From Octopus vulgaris (Eukaryota), in contig OX597821.1 of assembly GCA_951406725.2 (NCBI GenBank), positions 11,408,001 to 11,472,000 on the forward strand: a stretch of 64,000 bases of DNA. The letters are read 5' to 3'. How positions within the stretch are numbered: the stretch's first letter is position 1; every line of letters starts with the position of its first letter. The notes below the pieces were generated by a model, which ran no database searches, was not told where the DNA came from, and saw only the letters and a list, made by a program, of their open reading frames with translations. The translations under genes and the position numbers were made by a program. Of this stretch, positions 53,868 to 64,000 are shown one piece after another.

Positions 53868-55530
53868 TGCATTTATATATATAAGGAACCTTATCTCTTC
53901 GTCATTGTACTTAATGTTTACAATTTTATATAATTTTAACTCGGAACATGAAAGTTTTTGCCCGAAGTGCAATTTATTCTGTCAACCGTCCGCCTTCTTT
54001 GTTGCTAATTTAATTTTATTTTTCACTTTTTATTTCTTTTTCATTTTTCAGAAGCCGAAGCTCGATGTACGATACAGATGGTAGCATACCGGATGCCTAA
54101 GTCTATTTACTTCCGTCTCTTTACACTGGGGTGAACTTTGCCCTTTGATATCACAAGGATTGGGAAAATATACATTGGAAAAAGTCTTCTGATACATTCC
54201 GACATTAACTATAGAAAATAGTACGAATGTCATATGATTCTATACCAATTTTAAAAGACCTTGTTTCTGAGCTTCTTTCACTGAAATTTAGTTGTTTGAG
54301 AGTTGTTATAATTTCTTTCGTTTCTAATAATCGTGTGTTGATAAAATACATAAGTAGTGATTTATTAAGGAAGAATCAACTAGTAAAAGATATTGGTCTC
54401 TTAGACGAGCACAATGCACCAAGTTTAGGGTAGAGTCAATAATATCGACTCCCTCGGTACTTGACTTATACTATATTTTATCGATTTCCGAAAGGTTCAA
54501 AAGCAAAGATGACCTCGGCGGGATTTGAAATCAAACAGTCGATATATATGTGTATTGACTGTTAATCTGGTACAAAGTGGAGCGCATAACCAATACATTA
54601 GAAAATGAGTGTCTAACTTCTCCATTTGTTATTATTGTTTTTGTTGTTGTTGTTCAACATTTTAAACATGTTTACTGAAACATATGCATGGTAATTCAAT
54701 CGAATTTTTTTCTTTTGTAATAAAACGCTTTTCCAACAACAAAATTGAAAAAAAAAAAAAAATTCACCGAGTTGTGCTCTTACCTCCGTGAAGTGAATAG
54801 CATAAAAAACAAAATAGGCAAAAACAGCATCCTTTAATGAAACTAAATGATTGATCGTGTGAAAGTGACGTGATGCCTGTTGTGCTAGAAAGAGACCTTC
54901 AGGTCATCACTGTAATACGAGAGAAATCAGTCAATGCAAAAAGTAAAACCAGGAGACACAATCGATGTCATAAAAATCAATACATTCATATTGGCGTAAA
55001 TACCCGAAGGTAATCTTTTCCATTTCGTCAGAGGAAAAAAAATCTGAAATTTACCCAAATGAATTTGTTTTACCGCTTTTGCATTGGTTAAACATTTTCG
55101 CGTCTGTTGTTACCAAAAGTTATATTTATATTTATTACATATTTTACATTTTATTATAATATTGTTGCAACCAAAATTTTATAGATTTTTTTTTTTTCGA
55201 TAATTCATGAAGTTTGTATATTTTTTCCGCAGCTTTGGTATCACAGAACTTTTGTGATAATAATAACTTTCTGATTTAATCTCGAACCCAGAAAAAATTT
55301 GAGTGGAGGAAATAGTCGGTTACATTGACTGTAATATTTCATTGATATATCATGGTGTTGACCTTGGAGGAAGGAGAGGCAAAGTTGACTTTGACAGTAT
55401 TTGAATTCAGAGAGGGAAGAACTGGAACAAATAATACAAAGCATTTTCCCGGGTCACTATTTCGCCAGTAATAACTACAACAACGACAACCACAATGTTG
55501 ATAATGATAATAATGGTAATAATACTAACA

Positions 55531-55621
<91 letters not shown>

Positions 55622-55656
55622 TGATGATGATGATGATAATAATAAAAATAATAATT

Positions 55657-56175
55657 TCTGAGCTTAACTGATTGGAAGTGTTATCATGTACATTGTTTTG
55701 TCTTGGTATAAAAGATGGGCTACAGTAAATATTCTTCTCTATACCAGAGATTTGCTTGTCAGTTGTTTGACCTTAACCAGTTGAGCATGTCCCTTAGTGG
55801 CTGACGATATGTGCAACTCTGATCACGAGCAGAAGTAGTGGGGGAGCATCATAGCCATGTGTTGAGAGGGATTCTTTGGGGTTTGAATAATTCACCTCTG
55901 GAAACATGGGTGGTTCTTTCAACATCCTTAAACAACCCTTATTCAGGGACCTTTTGTGCGGGATGCGTTACTCGACCAGAAGAAAATTCTAACTGGGCCC
56001 CACCTGCAAGGTCATGTGCTGTTTATCTTGATATGAGATCACCATGTCGCGCAGATATGGTTGTGATGCATGTGCCTGGTGTACCCTTATCAGACGGGTA
56101 GTCATGATGGGTATACTGGGCTTCGTATATTTTACCCCAGTGTCACTTTGATGGCATGAACTGCTCTCTCACTCA
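55657..56175 (+). mobile_element. Family F retroposon inserted in (AAT)n
   Basis: Matches 39160-39688; (AAT)n on both sides. Confidence 0.85.
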
Positions 56176-56289
56176 ATAATAATAATAATAATAATAACAA
56201 TATTAATGATAATGATAATGATAACAATAATAATGATAATAATAATAATAATAATGATAATAACAATAATAATGACAATAATAATAATG

Positions 56290-56350
<61 letters not shown>

Positions 56351-56730
56351 TGCTGATGCTGATGACGATCATTTCTTTTAATTGCAGTTACTACTACTAC
56401 TACTATTACTGCTGCTGCTGCTAGTATCTCAACCACTAAGTGTTCGCAAAAAGATCGTGTATGACAGAGGACGATAAAATGTGGTGCTGACAAAATAACA
56501 GAAAGAAAGAAAAAAAAAGAAATCAAACAAAAATAATTCCCTCAGAATAGTTGGCTTCTAAATGCAATCGCAGAAATTCCACAAAATCATGGTTACCTGA
56601 CAATTAGGAAAAGTACTATATCCCCGTTCTTCTCCTTCGATTTACAAGCACATGCTCAGAGTAGGACCATTTTTGTCACTCTCGTTCAGCTTTCAAACAA
56701 GTGAACTGGAAAGCAGCAGGAATTAAAGCC

Positions 56731-56950
56731 CTCTTTTACTCTTTCACTTGTTTCAGTCATTTGATTGCGGCCATGCTGGGGCACCGCCTTTAGTCAAGCA
56801 AATCGACCCCAGGATTTATTCTTTGTAAGCCTAGTACTTATTCTATCGGTCTCTTTTGCCGAACCGCTAAGTAACGGGGACGTAAACACACCAGCAGCGG
56901 TTGTCAAGCGATGTTGAGGGGACAAACACAGACACACAAACACACACACA

Positions 56951-57026
<76 letters not shown>

Positions 57027-57199
57027 CATACATATATACGACAGGCTTCTTTCTGTTTCCGTCTACCAAATCCATTCACAAGGCTTTGGTCAGCCCGAGG
57101 CTATAGTAGAAGACACTTGCCCAAGGTGCCACGCAGTAGGACTGAACCCGGAACCATGTGGCTGGTAAGCAAGCTACTTACCACACAGCCACTCCTGTG
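56731..57199 (-). mobile_element. SINE family A
   Basis: Consensus match. Confidence 0.9.
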
Positions 57200-57606
57200 C
57201 TCTCTTTACTTTGCTTGCAAATGAATTTTGAAAAACTCTATGAGCGTGTGACCAAAGAGGAAGGTGTTTGTCTTCAGCCAGTTCAATCATGCCCACCGCA
57301 CAACTTCTTTCCATAAAGCCACCAGATGGATGAAGACTGTTTTACATTCTATGCTAAAGGAAGGCCGCGGAACGATATTCAACGATACACTCAGTTGATC
57401 AAAGATGGATCCGTCCCAGATACAGCAGCAAGTATTCGACGTAACTCAACAAGTCAACATTGCTTGGGCAAAAACGTTTGATTGATCTAAACTGTTCCGA
57501 CTCCACTTCTACCAGGTTCCTTATCACCCCACTTTATGGTGTACCTCACGTGGCGATACTGGTGTTACCATTAATGGGATGATCGGTTGATATTAGCTAA
57601 ATCCAC

Positions 57607-57680
57607 GGGCATATGGCGTAGTGGTTAAGAGCGTGGGCTACTAACCCCAAGATTCCAAGTTCGATTCCAGGCAGTGACCT
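57607..57680 (+). promoter_or_regulatory. tRNA-like Pol III head (A and B boxes)
   Basis: A box TGGCGTAGTGG 57614-57624, B box GTTCGATTCC 57659-57668, anticodon-like stem tggg/ccca; acceptor stem imperfect. Confidence 0.65.
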
Positions 57681-57763
57681 TATTAATAATAATAATAATA
57701 ATGGTAATAATAACAACATAAAAAAAACTTAGAAATGAGAACCCAGGTTCACAATTTCCCCAA

Positions 57764-57809
57764 GACACCTGATGAAGTCTGGAGGGTATATCAGCCGAAA
57801 CGTTGTGTT
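57764..57809 (+). ncRNA. Minimal hammerhead ribozyme (family H7)
   Basis: GACAC-CTGATGA-aGtCTG-gagggtatat-CAGcC-GAAAC-GTT-GTGTT. Confidence 0.75.
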
Positions 57810-57918
57810 AACAACAAACAAGATGAGGAGAAATATCTGTCAAATATAAATAATGTAAATAATGTACATAATTCCTTAATTATAGAACTGAGCTAAGTTA
57901 CTTTTTACAATAATTAAT

Positions 57919-58308
57919 TTTTTTGGAAGCACTCCGTCGGTTACGACGACGAGGGTTCCGGTTGATCCGAATCAACGGAACAGCCTGCTCGTGAAATTAA
58001 CGTGTAAGTGGCTGAGCACTCCACAGACACGTGTACCCTTAACGTAGTTCTCGGGGATATTCAGCGTGACACAGAGAGTGACTTGGCCGGCCCTTTGAAA
58101 TACAGGTACAACAGAAGCAGGAAGTAAGAGTGAGAGAAAGTTGTGGTGAGAGAGTACAGCAGGGATCACCACCATCCCCTGCCGGAGCCTCGTGGAGCTT
58201 TAGGTGTTTTCACTCAATAAACACTCACAACGCCCGGTCTGGGAATCGAAACCGCGATCCTATGACCGCGAGTCCGCTGCCCTAACCACTGGGCCATTGC
58301 GCCTCCAG
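57919..58308 (-). mobile_element. SINE family C with 12-bp TSD
   Basis: TSD acaataattaat at 57907-57918 and 58309-58320. Confidence 0.9.
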
Positions 58309-58850
58309 ACAATAATTAATAATAAGAAGGTGGTGAGGTGGCAAAATAGTCATCGCGTGGACAAAATGCTTGGCGGCATTTCTTCTGGATTTATGTTCTC
58401 TGTTCAAATGCTGCTGTTGTCAAATTTGTTTTTCAACCTTTCGAAGTCAATAGGAGAAATATCAGTTGAGCACTGGGCCAATACAATCGCATTCCGCCTC
58501 TCATAAAATTGCTGATGCAAAATTTTAAACCATTTTTAATAACTACAACAACAATTGGCATAAGACTTGAAATTTTGGGGAAGGGGTGAGTCGATTTCGT
58601 GGACCCCAGTGCTCAGCTGGTACTTGCTTGATCGACACCAAAAAAGATGAAAAATGAAAGGTGACCTCGACGGAACATAAAATCATTGATAGCAGTACTA
58701 TAACTGTCCCATCCTCACTGCTATCCTCTACAGCAACTACTATCAAGACCCATTGGAAACTCTAGGTTTTATAAATGTTCTTTTTTATATGATACATGAA
58801 TATAATAACTCTCCAAAACAGGTCTTGTGCCTGTTAGGAGCAAGTATACC

Positions 58851-59259
58851 CTTTTTTACCCTTTTACTTGTTTCAGTCATTTGACTGCGGCCATGCTGGA
58901 GCAGCGCCTTTAGTCGAGCAACTCGACCCCGGGACTTATTCTTTGTAAGCCCAGTACTTATTCTATCGGTCTCTTTTTGCCGAACCGCTAGGTGACGAGG
59001 ACATAAACACACCAGCATCGGTTGTCAAGCAATGCTAGGGGGACAAACACAGACACACAAACACACACACATACATAAATATACATACATATATACGACG
59101 GGCTTCTTTCAGTTTCCGTCTACCAAATCCACTCACAAGACTTTGGTCAGCCCGAGGCTACAGTAGAAGACACTTGCCCAAGGTGCCACGCAGTGGGACT
59201 GAACCTGGAACCATGTGGTTGGTAAACAAGCTACTTACCACACAGCCACTCCAGCGCCT
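58851..59259 (-). mobile_element. SINE family A, full length
   Basis: Consensus match. Confidence 0.9.
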
Positions 59260-60153
59260 ATGTTAAAGATTTCAATGTCTTTGATTGTGTTCTCTAATGA
59301 AACTAGAATAATGTTTTTGACTAATATGCAGTCAGTTATATCTATCTTAGATATCTTGCAAACAACTTGCACATGCAAGTGCTACCAGTTAAAAGCTCCG
59401 TATATCGGAAGCCAGCAAGTGTATGGGGTCATCAGGAGAGAATGCGCGCCGTTTCGGGGCCCACCTCTCGACGGCATCAATGCGTACCGGCCCCCCTCAC
59501 TGATATGAGGCCCCGCTTGCTAGATCAGCTGGTTATGAAGAACTCAATATACTTCTAGCCATCGCTCATCGTCTCTTTTTAACCAAATCCAGAAGGATGA
59601 CAAGTAGTGGACCTCGGTGGATTTGAACCCAACACATAAAATATTGAAATCGAATACCGCAAAATCCGTCGCTCTTCAAATTCTGCTGCCTCATCTCTTT
59701 TAATAATTTATAAAATTAGAACAAGACCTTAAATTCTAAAGGAGTGCAATATCATTCACTCCCAGTATTTGGCTAGTATTTTTTTAGAAACCTGAAAGAT
59801 AAGCAAAGTCGACCTGGGCGGGATTTTTATTCAATATAATACTACAAGGCATTTTCCTCATATTCTGGTAATTCCGACTGCATACAGCTTCTGAGAAGTC
59901 ATTCATAATGTTTTCAAATTTTTGCAATTTAAGTATAAAACCAGCAGTTTAGGAGGAGATGGATCAGTCAGTTCCATGTAATAGGACATCTTTTCCGACG
60001 CCCTACCGATTCTGCAAGCTCATTGCCTGTGAGAAGTCAGTAATGATGGCTTCTGATTCAGATACATGGGAAATTAAAGGTAATAAAATCTTTAAAAAAT
60101 TACTTATTATGGAAGCTGCATTAATTAGTTAAAAAAACACAACAAATAATATA

Positions 60154-60551
60154 TCTTTATATATAAAAGTCAAGTTGTGTGTCTGTCTCCTACGATTTAG
60201 ATTCCTAACTACACCCACATTTTGCGGTGCAGTTTAACCAAAATCGGGTATCTTATAGTCGGGATTCATATCGAGCCCTTCTGGGTATTAGCGCGCGTCT
60301 ACGATGAGTCTACGATTTAAAAAAAAATTTGCCATCATTTTGTTCCAATTTCATGCATTTTTTTCGCTATTATATAAGGGAAGTAACTCTCTAAAAATGT
60401 CTACGATGAGTCAACGATTTTAAAAAAATTTACCATCATTGTTTTTCCAGTTTTAATGAATTTTTTTGCTATTTTTTGGCTATAACTCTCTAAAAATGCT
60501 TATATAGTTATTTCTCTTACAAACCCGAGCAACGCCGGGCGATACTGCTAG
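60154..60551 (+). mobile_element. Non-autonomous Helitron
   Basis: A|TCTTTATATATAAAAG 5' end, internal ~110-bp duplication, hairpin cccg-agcaacgc-cggg, CTAG|T 3' end. Confidence 0.85.
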
Positions 60552-60712
60552 TCATACTTAAAGCAGTTTTATTGTTGAAAGCCTGCTATTCAGCAGAATT
60601 TGTTTCGATAAAGCTGGCATTATAGACGCATGATGTTTAAAAACACTACTATAGATTTCTGTGACGCTTTCTCGACACGAACACAGCAGTTTAGCAGACT
60701 TCGAACAATATA

Positions 60713-61170
60713 CTCTTTACTCTTTTACTTGTTTCAGTTATTTGACTTTGGCCATACTGGAGCACCGCCTTTAGTCGAGCAAATCGACCCCGGGAATCAT
60801 TCTTTGTAAGCCTAGTACTTATTCTATCGGTCACTTTTGCCGAACAGCTAAGTTACGGGAGCTTAAACACACCAGCATTGGTTGTCAAGCGATGTGTGTG
60901 GGGGGGGGACAAACACAGACACACAAACACACACACACATATATATATATTTCAGCTTCCGTCTACCAAATCTACTCACAAGGCTTTGGTCGGCCCGAGG
61001 CTATAGCAGAAGACACTTGCCCAAGATGCCACGCAGTGGGACTGAACCCACACACACATATATATATATTTCAGTTTCCGTCTACCAAATCTACTCACAA
61101 GGCTTTGGTCGGCCCGAGGCTATAGTAGATGACACTTGCCCAAGCAAGCTACTTACCACACAGCCGCTCC
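60713..61170 (-). mobile_element. SINE family A with internal ~120-bp duplication
   Basis: Segment from cacacacacatatatat through ttcag.ttccgtctacc to cttgcccaag occurs twice. Confidence 0.85.
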
Positions 61171-61590
61171 TTGATCGAACACAGCTACCGTCACTGATAA
61201 CGAATTTTTATTCAGATTGCCAGCAAATTACCAGATCAATGATTTTTCAGTCACTATTTAACTGTATCAATAACGGGAGATTTTTTCTTAGCATGCGCTG
61301 CTAGCAAATACTTACTACTGATGAAGCTCAAGTAGCATAAATATGTATGTAGCAATACCACCGCTGCTGTTGAATTATTTTTGTCTGCTGCTTATATATT
61401 TCCATGATTTTTTAACATTACACGCTTATAAGATATGGTTTCTCTGGACGAATAACAGTTTGGCAGGTATTTCAAAGATATATCTCCTTTAAGCATAATT
61501 CACAGTTTGCTATTTTAAAACCTGATAATTTCTGACACCTTTTAATTAAAAAATGTGTGTGTGTGTGTGTGTGTGTGTGGGCGTGTTTGT

Positions 61591-61624
<34 letters not shown>

Positions 61625-61897
61625 TTTTGTTCGTGTGTGTGTGTGTGTGATTACGTGCACGTGTGTATTAGTAGAATTTAATTGATCTTTGCAAAATATC
61701 TGCAGACTTCAATACATAAACACACGACCAGATATCTTATCGACCCTAGAAAGCTGAAAGGCAACAGTGACATTGGTGGATTTTGAACTCAGAAATTAGA
61801 GCCACAAACATTTCCACCTCTCAGTTTGTACAACGCTCTAACGATTTTGTCAATCTGTCGATTCGTACTAGAGAAATGATTTCTAACATAGGCAACT

Positions 61898-62168
61898 AGA
61901 TCAACGGAACAGCCTGCTCATGAAGTGAATGTGCATGTGGCTGGGCACTCCACAAACACGCGTATCCTGAACGTGGTTCTCAGGGAGGTTCAGCGTGACA
62001 GGGCTGGCCCTTCGAAATACTGGTACTTCTCATTTTTGCCAGCTGAGCGGACTGGAGCAACGTGAAATAAAGTGTCTTGCTCGAGGATACACCGCACCGC
62101 CTGGAATCGAATTCATGACCTTGCGATCCTGAGCCGAATGCCCCTAACCACTTAGCCACGTGTCCTCA
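61898..62168 (-). mobile_element. Older chimeric SINE (family D-type head, family C-type tail)
   Basis: gatcaacggaacagcctgctc tail joined to ctcatttttgccagctgag...ccctaaccact head. Confidence 0.65.
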
Positions 62169-63507
62169 CATCATAGGAAAAGGACAAGAAAATTAAAAAG
62201 AGATTTAGTAAATTAAATTGAACCCAGTAATTAACTGGTTATTTATTTTACGGGCCCCATCAAGGTAGGGCTGTCCTAACAGCATTATGGACCCTGGACA
62301 AATCAATGCACTGGGTTCTATAGTATTTATTTATTGACAGCAAGCAACAGAATAAGTAGAGTAGAATTGGGCTGCTAGACCCATAAGTTCCCTAGGCAAA
62401 TCAATGCATTGTGCGTGATGGTATTCACTGACAATACGCCATAGCGTCTGCGGATGGTATTTAGGTCCATGAGACCCGTGAGGACACCAAGCAACTATCC
62501 TGTGTTACCATGCCTTAAGACGAAGAGAGAATTAGCCGATGTCATTAATTCAATTACTTGATTTGTATTTTATTGACACTGAAATGCAAAGTTGATCTCG
62601 ACGGGATTTGAACTCGGGAGATAAAAAAAACCGTAACAACTACTGCAAACTGTTTTTTTCAACGCACTCATGATTGTCCAAGCACGGCGCTCTCAGAACA
62701 TCAATATCTGCAATTTGGAGAAAACTGTTAAATCTCCGTCAGAATCACGAACCAGATTTATAGTTCTCTACAATTAGCTCTACTGACGTCACGAAAACAG
62801 GAAAAAAAAATAATGGAAGGGTCATTCATGATGACCTTTTAATTAGTATTAAATTCGTATTTGTCCATTATAAACGGCCATTATTCTTTGATGTCTCTAA
62901 ACGAATCTGATTCGATTATTTAAGCGAGGAATGGTGAAAAATTTGTTTACCAATAGCGTAATGATTTATGTTCATAAAAATTATATTTGGTTTCAGAAAC
63001 GTGATATTTTCATGGATAATAATAAACATTCAGTAGTTAAATCCCTGTTGCAAGACATGTAAATATACATTACTCGTTTATTATTTGTACTATTATTATT
63101 ATTATTATGGAAGTGGTGAGCTGGCAGTATCGTTGCCGCGCTGGATAATGTTCTACAGCATTTCTTTACGTTTTCGGTTCAAATTCCGCCGAGGTCGACT
63201 TTTCTCTTCATTCTTTCGGGGTCGATAAAATAAGCACTAGTCGCGTTCTTGGGTCGATGCAGTCGACTGGTCCCGTCTCCCCAAATTTTCATTTCTTGTG
63301 CATATCTTTAACAGATGATTAGTATGTCGTGTCTTTATGAAATTTACGTGTGAGTTTGAGTGTGAGAAGTTACCTCGTCTCTGCAGAAAATAACATAATA
63401 CAATAAAGACCAAGAGATTCAGGGGAAGATTACAAACATTTAAATCGGTCCCAGTAAAGGACTAGTACTACATTTTAACCATCACAAAGGGCAGGAAATA
63501 TAAACTT

Positions 63508-63910
63508 ACGCAGGAGTGGCTGTGTGGTAAGTAGCTTGCTAACCAACAACATGGTTCCAGGTTCAGTCCCACTGCGTGGCATCTTGGGCAAGTGTCTTCT
63601 GCTATAGCCCCGGGCCGACCAATGCCTTGTGAGTGGATTTGGTAGACGGAAACTGAAAGAAGCCTGTCGTATATATGTATATATATATGTATGTGTGTGT
63701 GTTTGTGTGTCTGTGTTTGTCCCCCTAGCATTGCTTGACAACCGATGCTGGTGTGTTTACGTCCCCGTAACTTAGCGGTTCGGCAAAAGAGACCGATAGA
63801 ATAAGTACTGGGCTTACAAAGAATAAGTCCTGGGGTCGATTTGCTCGACTAAAGACGGTGCTCCAGCATGGCCGCAGTCAAATGACTGAAACAAGTAAAA
63901 GAGTAAAGAG
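63508..63910 (+). mobile_element. SINE family A, full length
   Basis: Consensus match. Confidence 0.9.
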
Positions 63911-64000
63911 TTACCTTTGATATAAGTGCAAACGCAGAATGTGTAGAGTCGGAATAAGGAGGGCAATGCGTTTTCTCTGCCTCTCTAACATTTCTGATAA

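Noticed and set aside
57607-57680. Functional tRNA gene
   Set aside because: Acceptor and T stems are poorly paired and there is no terminator; treated as a SINE-type head

Overview
This is an AT-rich, microsatellite-dense animal intergenic or intronic window. The SINE repertoire and repeat style point to an octopus genome (inference from recall, not a database result). I find no intact host protein-coding gene; nearly all long ORFs are microsatellite artefacts or retroelement debris. The window holds at least five tRNA-derived or RTE-tailed SINE families (many with TSDs, nesting or tandem dimers) and 5'-truncated LINE fragments of the RTE, CR1, Tx1/L1 and Dong/R4 types. It also holds a full-length but dead mariner, a fold-back mariner derivative, two mini-Helitrons, and Merlin-like and hAT-like MITEs. 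The most interesting signal is a dense set of minimal type I hammerhead ribozyme (HHR) motifs: about 15 copies (intact, variant or decayed) from at least 7 unrelated carrier sequences. Most have palindromic mini-stem III, and most sit in fold-back or partial-tandem structures typical of Penelope-like elements (PLEs) and retrozymes. Highlights are a tRNA/Pol III head fused to an HHR (57.6-57.9 kb), a 351-bp retrozyme-like monomer (36.2-36.8 kb), a near-perfect 556-bp palindrome with two HHRs (16.8-17.3 kb) and a repeated HHR-shaped junction with a non-canonical core (5.1 and 11.5 kb). All structures were derived by eye and coordinates may be off by a few bases.
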